A stretch of 64,000 nucleotides of DNA from Octopus sinensis (taxonomy: Eukaryota). The translations under genes were made by a program, and so were the position numbers. This document shows, piece after piece, positions 38,834 through 52,960 of the stretch (its first letter is position 1; every line of letters starts with the position of its first letter). The stretch is taken from the NCBI RefSeq assembly GCF_006345805.1, contig NC_043010.1, forward strand, positions 59,272,001-59,336,000, in the 5' to 3' direction. The notes under the pieces were generated by a model that did no database searches, had not been told where the DNA came from, and saw nothing but the letters and a program-made list of their open reading frames with translations.

Positions 38834-39174
38834 GTTAGTAAATGTAATTGCTATATTTCCTTTAATATCTCTTCGATGTAACAGACATTTATATCAAACA
38901 GAGAGACGTTAAATTTTCATTTACATATTGATGGCCTGTTTTCTGCTATTCTTAAATTTAAATATGTGTGTTTGCATTGTAATGAATATTTTTAATGTAA
39001 AAATTGAATGAAGCTCCAATCTTATGAGTCCTGGACTTCATGACAGACCTAAGTATGAGTATTGATTTGTAGTAAATGCATTTCTACAACATTTGAACTG
39101 TAACACTCCATTATTTACATTTGAAAATATTTGTCCTCATCTTGTTTGTTGTTTCGGCTGATATACCCTCCAGC

Positions 39175-39447
39175 CCGCGGGGATATGGCATAGTGGTTAA
39201 GAGCGTGGGGCTACTAACCCCAAGATTCCAAGTTCAATTCCAGACAGTGACCTGAATAATAATAATAGTAATAACATTGAAAAATACCTTAGGAATGAGA
39301 ACCCAGGTTCGAAATTTCCCCAAGACACCTGATGAAGGCTGGAGGGTATAGCAGCTGAAATGTTGTGCTAACAACAAACAAGACGAGGACAAATATCTGT
39401 CAAATGTAGATAATGTACATAATTCCTCATCTCTTAAATATAGAACT
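39175..39447 (+). mobile_element. tRNA-headed SINE-like repeat containing a hammerhead-like motif
   Basis: A box TGGCATAGTGG, B-box-like AGTTCAATTCC; CTGATGA...GAAA core at 39329-39360. Confidence 0.6.
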
Positions 39448-42001
39448 GTAAGACTCAAATAAAAGAATTTGTTATATGTACAATTGTAGTATTAGCACAA
39501 TCATTCCAATGTAGACTGGGCCTAAAGAGGCATGAATTCATTGGAGTTGACACATGCAAGAAGTAAGAAATCTGTGATTACATGATACACTGGTACATAA
39601 GGTAATGGGAACGGATGGATATTAATTTAAATGATGTGAATATTTGAACTCAGTAGATAATCTGGATTTTCTGTTTTATTTTGTTTATTCTTATGGAATT
39701 GCTTTCATCTACTCAAGAACCACTGAGAAAGTCTTGGAATAAATGAATCTAGTTTTTCTTCTTGATTTAAAGTACAGGAATCACTAGTAGTCGTGTTAGT
39801 TGGAGTAATAAATGTTTCATCAGTTTTAGATACAATTTACAGATTTCCTGATGCAAGCTGCTTTGAAAAATTGTGCAATTTACAATAAAGAAGCATTTCA
39901 TTTTGAATATTTGAAGTTTTTAGTTTGACTTGAAATTTTATCTGATCACTATGATGAAGATGACAGGATTTATCACTGGTTTCTTGTATCTCGGTCATGT
40001 TCGTTGCTTTAAGTTTCAGAATAATGTCACAGCTAAGATCATTATCATTTACAAGGAAGGATAAGTACTTCTGTCGGCTACTTCTCTTCAATAAATCTAG
40101 AAGATTCTCCTTCATGGTTGAATATTATGAGTTGGCTTATCAATTGTATAAATAACCGTAGTGTATTGGTGAGCAACTGCACCAGGTTATTTGCCACAAA
40201 AGAAGACAATTGAATATTTGAATATTTCCTGAGAAATAGATAATGCAGAAGATTATACCGAAATAATCTGGACAGCATTGTTGATAGTGGTTAATGAATT
40301 GGATTTTGGGAAAGACATTCTGTAGAATGTTTTTTAAGATGTATATGGAATTATGATTAATTCAATGTACAATTTCCTCTAGCTTCTCTGTAGCAACTAC
40401 TTTGAAGCATGTGCCAATTCAGTGTTGTATGGAAACCACCACAGACTCCCAGAATAATGCTCCCTTTTTGAAGATCATGACAATAGCAGTCATTCATTTC
40501 AAAGATTCAATAGGTGTTAGGATTTCTTGCTATACTAAGTGATTGAATTACACTTGACAGACTCCTGTAATGTTTGGTTTTTGCAAAAGATCGACCAGCT
40601 GTAACTACAAGTTTAGGAATATACATCCTACTTTTATATAGGAATATACTTTATATAGGAATATATTTTAGGAATATACATCCCACCTTTTTTCAGAACT
40701 GCAAATTGTTATGAGATCAGTGACTAGCTCTGATTACGAGCATACCTTAAAACTAAGAAGTAAGGACATGTTTGAAACTCTTAAAGACACAAAATTGATA
40801 ATCCATTTTGAGTGACTTAAAATGTTCCAAAAGCTAATTTTCAATCAGAATTTAATTTAAAAATGAAGAAAGAGATAGACAGACCAATCAAAAGAAGTCA
40901 GTGACCTGTGACATGTTGGTGTCTATAATGACATGTGAGATTGTTGCATGTATGATGAATTATGCAACACTAAAGATAATAATAAATGACAATTACTGTT
41001 GTTGAATTACTTGAATATATAGAACGACAAGCCTTGGCAATGTGACCCGTTTTTGACACTTGTGATAAACAACATTTCTGAACTTAGTTTGTTCAGTTAT
41101 ATCCACTCAGGAGTTACCAAGATCCAAACCTTAATCATGTCCATGAAGTTTTCTTCAATGGAACTGTTTTCAATGACCCACAGTGTTGATAAAACACTGG
41201 TTGGCTCAGAAATTTGTGAGTTCATTGTTCAGTGAAGATCTTTATATCAATTGCAATATTTCACAACTAGGAATGTTTTTTGCTCTAAAATGAAGAATTT
41301 CCCACAAAAGTCAGAACTTGGAAATTCTTTGAGTTTCATAACTGAATAAACTTCTTTATTGACATATGAAAAATATGTCACATTTGCCGTATCAGGCTTT
41401 GAATCACAAAGGATTTAAAACTCTCAGAATAGTTCAAAGCATCCTCCTCTAAATTATTCATACATAATGATTCAAAACTGTCGACTGTCTTGTCTTTGTC
41501 ACTAATGTCGTTATGACAATTATTAATGATTGAATTCATAGTTAATTTCATTCTATTATGTTCCTCTCTAAAGCTCAAATGCAAACAGAAGTCACACTAG
41601 AATGACAGGATCTGTAAACACGCATACAATTGCAATGTAAGCACACGTATTCAAAGATCAGTCTCAGCTTGTTGATATGTATGTTTATGTGTGGTTATAT
41701 GGGGAAACAGTGAGAAGCATGAGGTTATGTAAAATGGTGATAGAGATAAATTCATGCAAACAGATGGAGACTAGTCCAAGTGATACAGATAAGTAAGCAA
41801 AAGAAACAGTCACTATGTCATGCATACACACACACACACACACTTGTGTGTATGTTTGTATGTATATGTATACATGTGTGTGTGTACGTATGTATGCTAA
41901 CAAACTCTCAAATTTGTGAATATATTGCTTTTCATATTGTTTACTTCATCGATAATAAAAGGATCACCATCATAATTTTGTATTTTGTTTCTAAATTCCA
42001 G

Positions 42002-42078
42002 ACCAAAATATTTATAAAAACAATGGGACGTCTGCATCAAAAGATTCTAGTGAAGAAACACCAGTGAAACAAGTGTAA
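42002..42078 (+). CDS. Pcdh: Pcdh gene 4 terminal coding exon (D-QNIYKNNGTSASKDSSEETPVKQV*)
   Basis: TTCCAG|AC acceptor, TAA stop. Confidence 0.85.
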
Positions 42079-42622
42079 TTCTGTTATTGCAGGACCATAA
42101 CTGACTTCCTCTATGTGAATACACTATGATACAATGTAGAACATAGAAGAGACAAACAACTTCACAAGACACTTCCACACTTTCCTTGTTAAGTATATTA
42201 TATAGCAGTGTAGATTTTAGAGAAACAAAGTGTCTAAGGATAAGAATTGTGTACATCACATGCAATACATATATACATACATACACACAAATAATAAATT
42301 ATAATGTAGCGATATTCAATGTTGAACACTTCAGACGTTTATATATATATATATATATATATATTTGCTATGTATCTTCCAGTTACACTCAAACTGTGTG
42401 AGTTAGGCACAAAGTAGAAGCTTCAAAATAATTTGTCTTATTGAAATATAAAGATAGAAAAATTTTAGTGGAAAATATTAATGCTAATGTTTTTTGTAAA
42501 ATTTAAGGAGAAATGTACTCAAAACTAAATCAAGTTATACTAAGGCTTGTGATCAAATATAGAATGTCACAACCCTCCCTTGTACCCTACTTAATGCAAA
42601 TCAATATTAAAAGGACATCATC

Positions 42623-42652
42623 ATTGGTCTGTTGTTTAAGTCATCAACCAAT
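42623..42652 (+). promoter_or_regulatory. Inverted CCAAT pair, putative promoter of gene 5
   Basis: ATTGG-N20-CCAAT about 201 bp upstream of leader copy 5. Confidence 0.6.
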
Positions 42653-42852
42653 CAAATTCTCTCTAAAACATAGAAAGTAATCACTAACAAAGCTAAGCAT
42701 TTACACTACTAGTATTATTAAACAAAACAATTATGTTTAACTATAGAATATTGCAACTATATTATAAGTATATATCTTCATATATGTAAATAGTTATTGA
42801 CAACAGCTCAGCTACATGCAGAATGTTATTATTAGGTGGATGTACTCTTACA

Positions 42853-43038
42853 AACATACAACTTCAGTGACACATGCAACCCTCTCCTAGCAGCAGACTC
42901 TCTGCCTGACGTGCTACACTACTCCATCACCATAACAGCCATTGTCACACCATTACAGCAGCACTTACAATGGATCTTTCTACAACAATACATCTTTCTC
43001 TTTCTCACTGAATAACCAATGATATAATTATTAAAAAG
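42853..43038 (+). other. Putative non-coding leader exon of Pcdh gene 5
   Basis: 186-bp conserved block, donor at 43039. Confidence 0.75.
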
Positions 43039-44751
43039 GTAAGTTTCTATTTAATCTCATTTTATGTTATAAATCTCACTTAATCTGTAATATATTGTTT
43101 TTAATATATTTAATAGTAATAAGGGAACAAAGACACTGAAGAATAATTCGCCCTTATTTTTCACTAATATTTTTCATATTGTTTTAATTAAAATTAATTG
43201 GATTATGTTGATTAAAGAGCTTAATATTTAGACTGTACCCATTAAAACAAGACTAGTCGTATCAATTCGTTATGCATATTGATCAGTAATCAGAGACAAC
43301 ACATTCCACAATATAGTGTTATTGTGTCTATTTGTTTTTGATTTAACTAAGATCTAATATCGTACCACAATAGCAGATGGCATGTGAAAGATATCTTTAC
43401 ATGTTTGTATTCAATATATGAAAGAAGATTGTGTCTAAATCCTTTTGTAATGTGAAGATTTGTAGCAGTAATGAAGTAATGGTGTGTTTTATATTTTGCT
43501 TAGAGTTACTAGCAGCACGCTTATTAGAATCCCTTCTTAACTGTCAAGAATGGAGGTGCCTTTTATATATGATTTTACCATGATGTATTTCTTTACAAAT
43601 TATACTAATATATGTTTATATTTTAATAAGTCATTTTTCTCTTACTATGCACTAAATCAAATAGCATTTCCTTGAAAATTTCATCTTAACTGCCTCATTT
43701 TCTGTTATTTCCTGAGCAGTATTATTTCCATTAGTTAATTTTATTTAAAAATTCCTATAACATGTAATATCATGAGAATATTGAATACTTCTTCTGTCAA
43801 AGATTACTTATTTCAGGAAGAATAATGTTATATATTATTTATCAAATATCAGTACAGGATATGTTTTAGAATCCTACTTGACTAGTTTTTAATTTAATGT
43901 ATTTATTTCATGTAATTATTTTCTTTTCCTATGCTCTACATTCTATGCCAATGTTCCCATCATATTTCCAACTTCATTACAAAAGAGAAATAAAAATGCA
44001 AATTCAATTTCTATTATAAATTGTATAGCTCTATATTCTAATGTTTCATCATTTTCTGTCAGTTGTGTCATTCACAAATAAGCTGGGTCACTAGTTATTT
44101 CTATTCACTTCAATAATTCACTAACCGTTCCAGGCTGTCACTTTTGCCTATCTGACATGTTGCCTTTATCCAAGAATTTACACATTTGATTTTTGGAAAA
44201 GATATATTTTTATTTAAACTGAAGTAGATTTCACTAAAATATATTTAAAATACAAACATCATTAATTATTCCTATGAAGATTATTTGTTTTATTTGAGTG
44301 TTTGATGGAAGACTGATTGAAGAATATGTCGTTATGTTTTGTTTTAGCCTAATATCAGGCCTCATTGATTAAAGAATACCATTTTATGTTTTTTTAAATA
44401 ATTCTTTTTGAAATTACATAAATCATTTATTTTTCTCAATATGTGTGTAGTAATGTGAAAGTTATTCCACAATGCCAACTATGGTATATTAGGTAATATG
44501 AAGTTAGATGCGTTGTTGCACATTAATGAAATGAAAAAAAAATGGTTACATATAAGAGTTCTGGAAGATCCTAATGCTAAAGAATACAGAGTATTTGTCA
44601 GTTTGCTAACAATATCATAAACATTATTCATTACAAATGTCCAATCATTTTAAGCTGTATTAAAGAAATCAGAAAGATGAGAAACTAATCAGATAATTCA
44701 AAATAATTTTTGTAAAAATGAAGACTAAAATTTGTAAACGACAATATAAGT

Positions 44752-45020
44752 AGTAAAGATTGTTTGCCAACATAACATGGCAGTCCTGGTTTAGGACAAA
44801 TGTTGCTGTAATTTTATCCCCAGGAGATATCATCTCCAGCTGGCAATACAACAGATATTGTTTTGAGCTGAGTGGTGGTGCTAGATTCCCTTCTTCGAAA
44901 ATATAAGGACATAGATCATGTTGTATAGTCAGCTGGAGACGATGTCTCCTGGGGCTAAAATTACAGCAACATTCATCCTAAACCAGGACTGCCATGTTAT
45001 GTTGGCAAACAATCTTTACT
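44752..45020. mobile_element. Foldback MITE-like element with about 100-bp inverted arms
   Basis: AGTAAAGATTGTTTGCCAACATAACATGGCAGTCCTGG... and its reverse complement with a few mismatches. Confidence 0.7.
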
Positions 45021-45139
45021 CCAAAGTACTGTTGCTGAATATCTCTCATTATGAGATTTAAAAATAGTAATTTTCTAAGACAGTATATGTATTTAATGAG
45101 TTAGATTTCCATGTGTTATGGTAAAATTAGTTTATATAT

Positions 45140-45437
45140 AAATCAAGAATGGTATCAAAAATGTCCTGGACTAGTTCTGTAGTACACCAACAGATGGCAG
45201 CACACAGCTGCATGTGCAGTGAGAGTGACCTTCATGAGGCAGTGTGCTGAGTGACACCGCTGTGTTTACTTTGCAAGTTGTGAAATTTGTGTTTTTGTGA
45301 TCGCATGTATGTTGTAGTCTGTGATTTTGTCATGGACAGGAAGAATCAATGAGAAATTTTGTGTTAAACTTAGGAAGTGTGCTGCAGAGACGTTGAGCCT
45401 GCTTCGGCGAGCTTACGGCAATGGGTTGTGTGCAATG

Positions 45438-45440
<3 letters not shown>
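45140..45440 (+). mobile_element. Mariner transposon 5' relic
   Basis: INEKFCVKLRKCAAETLSLLRRAYG resembles the mariner transposase N-terminal HTH; TIR-like ATCAAAAATGTCCTGGACT upstream. Confidence 0.65.
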
Positions 45441-45491
<51 letters not shown>

Positions 45492-48400
45492 ATATCCAAC
45501 ATGATGTGGATGCTTTTGCTAAAACACTGGAAACCACACCACTCTCCTTGAGAGGGCCTCTCACTTAGACGCATGGCTCGCAAAAACATAGATATTTATA
45601 TTATTGGTAGATGAGAATCAGGCACTGATGTTGCAAATGGCCAAGAAGCTTATTAAAAAATAATTAATAGTGACAGAAATTTCTATATATCAGGGATCTG
45701 GCTGGGATGCAGCTAGCAGGCATCTGCCACTGAGTAGACAAGATACATCGAAATCACTTGATCTGGCAGTTCCAGCACCCGTAGCAGACATTACTTGTCT
45801 GCCAATCATATAAATATGTGTGATCCTATGCACCGTGCATCCATATGAGAGGCCCTCTCAAGGCAAATAAGGCAGCATTCACCATTCCAACAAACTATCC
45901 ACATTGAGTTGGATACAAAGATTGCCTTTTGGTATTGATACTGGATTTGTCTAAAAGATGTATTTAAAATCTTTAAAATTATATAGATCATTTGAGTGAT
46001 TTTCAGCAAACAGTTTTTTTTTTTCTAACAAAATTACATAATATGATGTGCAAATTATATTAAATATCATACTATTGGGTAAGATAGAAAAGATGTATTT
46101 TTAGCATTTGATAGTCTTTTTATATCATTCCAAAACACTTATTTTCATGAGTTATCAATAAATAGTTTAACTTTATATTAACTTAGTAGAACTTTCCAGA
46201 TTGTTCTTGATGCTCATTGTTCATACTTCTACATAAATATTCATTGCCAAACACTCAAACATCTACACTACCAATATAACTATTTGATCACTCAACTTAT
46301 TAGAAATAAATTTGAATTATGCAATAGGAGTACCTCTATAATAAAAAACATTATCAATGTATCATACTAAATGCATGTGTTGTTTAAATGTGCAACTGCA
46401 GCTTTTTTTTTTTTTTTTGTCTGGGAAAAATCACTTTAAAGGCATATATTAAAAGATACAATATAGTTCTGAGCTGGGATAAACAAGATCACACCAGACC
46501 TGACCACAAAAACATCAGATGCATGTTTGCTATAGCTGCAGCTTATCAATATTGCACACGTGTGTCACATCAGAAACAAAATCCAATCCACCAGTCTGAA
46601 ATTTATACATTTAGTGTATAAACTGTTTGCTGCTTTTCAGTGGACAGCAGAAGCAGAATAAATTTGAATTTCATAATAGAATCAGCTATATAATAAAAAG
46701 AAACATTATGAAGACGTCATATTTATACTTGTCGTTTAAACACCAGAAGCTGTAGTTTTTTTTGTCCAAACCACTGCTTATGGCAACAAACATATGTTAA
46801 GTATGTTGTATTGATAATGTTTTTATTAGAAATAGAAGCCAGATCATCCTATTGTATAGTTTCCTTGTAAAAGCTAGAAAATACTTCAGTTTTATTGATT
46901 GCTGGTCCTCTAGCAAGCTCAGATGTTACCTTCATTGCAGTACAACTGACATATCCAAACTGAAATCATTCAATAGATTTGCCAAGCCATTGTCACACAC
47001 CTGTACTGTCCCTCCAACCACGACTACAACGACCTTTGTTCCCCTGAACCCAGATCAACATGACCTGCCCTTCTCTCTTATTCTCCCTCATATCTCACCA
47101 TACTTTGCCCAATGGTTCCTATCTGAACGTCAACCTTTCAGAATGTTCTGCCTGTCTACATATAACTGCAGACATAAACCTTCAGTTATTCAAACTGAGC
47201 ACCACTTGAATTCAACTCACCCTTATGAAAGTAGCCATTATCCTATTCTGATGAACTCGTAGAAACAAAATAACTTGGACGTCCAACTGACTCCACCTTG
47301 TCCACCACCTTGTGGAATAGACAAACAAAATAGTGGGAAGATTGCTATCTGTGTAGGCTGTCACACTGTATGCCACATGATAAAACATTGATCCTCGATT
47401 AGCAAACAGTAAAGTGTGTTGGAGTATGTCTAGAGCCATGTTTCTCATGTTTTTTTCTCCCATGCTCCACTTCAGTTTTCCATAAGTGGAAAAAGTTGGG
47501 ATATAGTATATCATCAGCAGCAGCAGCATCTTCGTCATCAATTTAACATCCACTTTTCTATGGTTGCATAGTTCAAAAAGGGATAATTAAAGCAGATTTT
47601 TAATTGATTTTAAAGAGATAATTGAAGCAGAGTTGGATTCGTTGTCACCAACCCTCATCTGTTTCCTAGTAAAGCAATATTTCCCCATTGCCAGACATGT
47701 TCTCACAATATTGGAAATGAATGACACTGCTTCTATGACAATGACACTCATTTACAGCTATCACATGATGTCAAGACAAAAAGACACACATAAACACACA
47801 CACACACACACACATATATATATGTGTGTGTGTGTGTGTGATATATGTATATGTATGTATATGACAGGCTTTATATATATAAAAGGTATTTTAATTAAAA
47901 TTTTATTGATGTTTTATTCACTTGTTGCTTACTTTTGCTCCATTCTGTCTTGAAAAGCACTGGCTTTAAGCACGTGATCTGTGGCTCACTCCTAGTAGAC
48001 CGTGGGTGAGTTTGATCAGAGCTGACCAGGACTACATATCAGCTTGAGTTAGCCAAAGCAGATCTGTTGAAACCTTTTGTAACACACAAATGATGTCTTG
48101 AGAACCACAGTGAAAACAATATTCACTTTGACATTATCAAGCATGTCTAACATAGTTACCTTCTGGAGTACTAACCTACTTGAATCACAACCAACCTGTT
48201 AGATTACACAGCATTGACCCTCATTATCCATTAACAACATATGATCAAAGCTATAACTTTCTGTTAAGAAACATACCAGCCTGAAACTTTGCTTCTCAAC
48301 ACCAGATACATTTTTGTCTCACTGTTACAGTCAAAATACAGAGATGACAAAGACCTCCTTACCTCTCTCTCCACACACATTCACTCACCCCCACCATCAC

Positions 48401-48853
48401 CAGCACCGCATCAAAATTACCAACCAACACATAACTATGATTAGACTACTTTCTCATTATGTATATTCAATCAACTCTACTTTGCTGCTCTGACTATTGG
48501 GACCACCCAGCAAAACCCAGGCAATCTTATCATTACTCTCTTTTCATGCTTGGAACAGATTTAACATATCATACAAAGTTTACTCCACATTGTTACATCT
48601 CTTTACAATCTACTAGCATTCTATTCCAAATAAATTTCTCACAAACACTGAACACTAGCCATATTAACTTTACTCACTAATCATTACTCTAGGTTATAAG
48701 ATGGAGGGAGTGTTCACTACACCTCATTCGCAATATTTTATTCAGTTATGGGTATTAAACAATAATTGTAATTGAGGAAATTGTTGTTCTGTTTTAGGTT
48801 CATTCCTGAGCATATCTGAAGATCTTTAACAAATACCAACATCCAGCAGCAAC

Positions 48854-51229
48854 ATGTTACTGCCATTGACCTTTGTATTCTCACTGGTCCAGTGTGTCCT
48901 GACCATAGACCTTACCTACCATGTGGAAGAAGAGAGAAGTCCAGGAACATATGTAGCAGACATTGCTGCCGATTCTAAACTCTTAGACAATGTTAAACCA
49001 TCTGACCAACATTTGATAACATTCAGTCAATTCAAACGAAAGGTGGCACAGTTATTTAACATCACCATAACAGGTAAACTGTACACTGCTCAGACACTGG
49101 ATGCAGAAGATCTCTGCACATTCAACAAAGAATGTTCTAGAACTGTCAAAGTTATTATAAAGAAAGTGGATAGCTTCACAAAAATATTAAAAGTCAAAAT
49201 TGTAATAGAAGACATCAATGACCACGAACCAGAGTTTCCTATAAAGAATGTGAATATACAATTTGATGAAGACATTGGTAAAGGTGCAAAAAGATCAATA
49301 CCAAATGCCATAGATGATGACATAGGTTTTCAAAATTCATTAATACAATATAAATTAAAATCAAAGAATGGAGAACCATTCTCTCTATCAGTTTCTAAAA
49401 GAGCTGATGGTATTTCTTCTCTTAAAATAGTTTTGAAAGAATCATTAGACAGAGAAATCAAAGATACATATTTATTACAAGTCATAGCTAAAGATGGAGG
49501 TTCGCCAGCAAAACAAGGTGTTTTAAATATAAATATTTCTATAACAGATGTGAATGACAACCCACCTGTATTTTCTAAACCTTTCTATAATATATCCATA
49601 CAAAGTACACATCACAAATCCAAACCCATCATTGTTTTATCTGTAACAGATGCTGATTCAGGTGAAAATGGTAAAATTACTTTCCATTTCAGTCCAAAGA
49701 CATCAGATTTAGCCAAAAGCTATTTTCTTTTAAATGAAACCAGTGGAAGCATTTTCTTGAGTAAATACTCCAAGTTGGAAAAAAAGAAAACCTATGAACT
49801 GTTCATAGAGGCCAGGGACGGAGGCAGCCCTCCACTCAATTCCATTGCAACTGTTCTGGTAAATGTCATCAACCAACACAATAATCCTCCATCTATGGAT
49901 ATAGATTATGTTAATGCACTCAATTATAACACAGGTACCATCTCTGAAAACATCAAAGTCGGTAGTTTCATTGCTTATGTGATGGTCACTGACAATGATG
50001 TGGGACAAAATGGAGAGGTCAGCTGTGGTATCAAACATGATACATTCAAACTACAGTCAATGGGATCTAAAGAATATAAAATCATTCTCAACAAACCAGT
50101 GGACAGAGAAACACAAGGACACTATAACATTCCTGTCTCCTGTCAAGATAAAGGATTACCTCCTCTGAAAAGTGTTAAAAGCCTCTCTATCCAAGTGACT
50201 GACATCAACGATGTACAACCACAGTTTACCAAAGATACATTCCAATTCCTCACCTACGAAAACAAAGATAAAGACTTCCCTATTGGTTTTGTCAATGCCA
50301 CTGACCCTGATCTTGGATCTGCTGGACAACTCACATATTCTCTGCTGCGTAAAGAAAAATCCAATCTCCCATTTCTCATCACCAGTTATGGCTTCATTTC
50401 AGCGACCATGTCATTGGACAGAGAGAAACAAGATGTGTATAAGTTTGAGGTTTTTGTCAAAGACAATGGAAGCCCATCTCTGAATGACACAGCGAATGTT
50501 GTTGTTGAGATTCTAGATCAAAATGACAATGCTCCGTATTTTACATATCCTAGTAGTGACCCTTACACGCTAAATGTGCAGTACCATCCGCAGAGTAAGA
50601 GTGACATCACAGTTTTGAGAGCGTCTGATGGGGACAGTGGAAACAATGCTTTCCTCAGATATGCAATCATACAAGGAAATGATAAACAGTTGTTTAGTAT
50701 GAACTCACACAGTGGTGCTTTATCCTTCTCCAGACAAGTTTATCTAAATGATGCTGGAAGTTATGAGCTGGTGTTTGTTGTGAAGGACAGTGGTAGTCCA
50801 GTTCAGTCGTCAACAACTAGTGTCACTTTGGTATTGGCTGTTAGTAACGAGACATCACCAATGTCGAAGAGTGGACCTTTACAATCTTCAGGTCGGGTCC
50901 ATATGACATGGGTTATTATCATTGTATCATCAGCAGTAATAATATCAGTGGCTATTGTTGTTTCTATAACGCTGTGTATTATGAAATGTATTAAACACAG
51001 AGATAACACAGCTGCTGCCACAAAGAATACAGCCTACCAAGGTAGAGCAGAGATGAAACAATTGTTGTACCAGACTAACACTTCTGTTGCTATGTCGAGG
51101 AATGCAGAAGAGATGGTGAAGCGGAATATCTATTCTGAGAGATCCAAGAGTGAATGTTATGCAGAAGGTCAGCTACAGAACAAATATGAATCTTCAGTTC
51201 AGTCGAGAACTTTACCAAAACCTACCCCA
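48854..51229 (+). CDS. Pcdh: Protocadherin gene 5 main coding exon (792 codons)
   Basis: Intact ORF with six EC repeats and TM; acceptor at 48797/48798; donor CCA|GTAAGT. Confidence 0.93.
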
Positions 51230-51400
51230 GTAAGTGGAAACATTACATTTTCTCTCTGTAAAAGTGAACAATGAAATCTCTTTGAATATGTTTTAACTTC
51301 AATAATACATTCCAATATTAAATTGTTCTCTTTCCATGTTGATTGTAACTTCCATTGTTTGGTGTCTTGTCATATTTCTTTATCGTTTGTTTGTCAACAG

Positions 51401-51554
51401 AAATACTGTCAACCTGTTGTGGTGACATCAAGTGATGATGCTGTGGAAGATAATGCTACTATGGTTTGTAACTATACATCAGATACAATGTCATCCAAGA
51501 GAAGTGGTAGACAAGGAGACTTGAAACATTATGAAGAAATACCAGGAGTATCAG
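51401..51554 (+). CDS. Pcdh: Pcdh gene 5 second coding exon
   Basis: Near-identical 154-nt exon; donor G|GTTAGC. Confidence 0.85.
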
Positions 51555-51764
51555 GTTAGCAAGTACATTGATCATATTTCAGTTTGTCATTTTAAATGAC
51601 AACATCATTATTTCTAACACCATTATCAGCATTGTTTGAAGAAGCTGTACCTTTTGATTTGTTCCTACTCTGAATTCCAATATAAACCTCTGCTCAAATA
51701 TATATACATATACAAACACACACACAGAGATATGTATGCATACATTCATACATCATCATCATGA

Positions 51765-52960
51765 TCATCATTATTTAATGTCTGTTGTCCATACTGGTAT
51801 GTGTTGGACAGTTTGAGAAGGGCTGGTAGGCTGAGGGGCTACACCAAACCATAGTTTGACTTGGCGTGGTTTCTGCGGTTGGATGACCTTCCTAACACCA
51901 ACCACTCCAAGAGTGTAATGGGAGCTTTTACATGCCACTGGCATAAGTGCCATTTGCAAGACACCAGTATCCTCTAAGCTATTGTTGATTTGGCTAGCTG
52001 ATTCCTCTGTTGGGTCAACATTTGGCAGGTTCTCCTTCTCCCATTTATTCTCCACATTTAGCAGCCTTTCATAATAGCATTTCTAAGCCTCTTTCTTTGC
52101 AGAATCATTAAATGTAACTACACCATCATCCATGTGGATACATTTCTCTCCTATGACATCACGATTTTCTCTAACACACTGTCTTGCAATCTGAAATATT
52201 TCAAGTTTTTGGTCCTCACATCACTGAACACAGGCAAACTTCTTTTCTGTTTTTTCCCTGGCCAGATATACCTGTCTCTTAGCTTCCTTTCTGGGTATAT
52301 GATACAGTTACCTGCTACCTCCACTCTTCCAGGCATTTCTTTGCTCTAATGGCTTTGTCTACAGCATCATTCCACCACCTCATCACACTAAGTTTCGATG
52401 GGATTTTGCACCAGCTGAAGATTTGGTCTTTGGCACTCAGCAAGCTGTCCTGCAGGAATTCCCAGTTGCCCACTCTGTTACAAGTCTGTAGTTCCTCCTC
52501 CCTCTCATCAAATTTCTCAATTAGAGTGTCCCTAAATCTCTGACCATATAAAGGGTCCTCAAGTTTCCAAATCCTTCTTTTCCATATTGGTCTGCTTCCT
52601 GGTTTCCTTCTAGCCTGAAATCTCAAGTCACTAATGACTATTCTATGATGTTGGGTACATTCTTCACCAGGAAAGGTCTTTGCATTTATGAGCAACCATG
52701 CATCCCACTGTCTGATGAGAATGTAATCAATCTGGCTAGCATAGCCACCTGATTGATAGGTTATCAGGTGGTTGGCTAGCTTCTTGATGTTGTTGTTGCA
52801 GATCAATAGGTTATTTGCATCACAGAACTCCAGTAGCCTTGTCCTCTCTTCATTTCAGGAACCAATTCCATAGCCCTTATGTACACAATGGAAGATACCA
52901 GGTTGCTGCCTGACATACCCATTGATATCCCTAGCTTGCAGACGAATATCATAAAAGCAG
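51765..52960 (-). mobile_element. RTE LINE fragment (endonuclease C-terminal part joined to a 3' region)
   Basis: TYQSGGYASQIDYIL...KTFPGEEC..HHRIVISD resembles the APE endonuclease of RTE elements. Confidence 0.75.
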
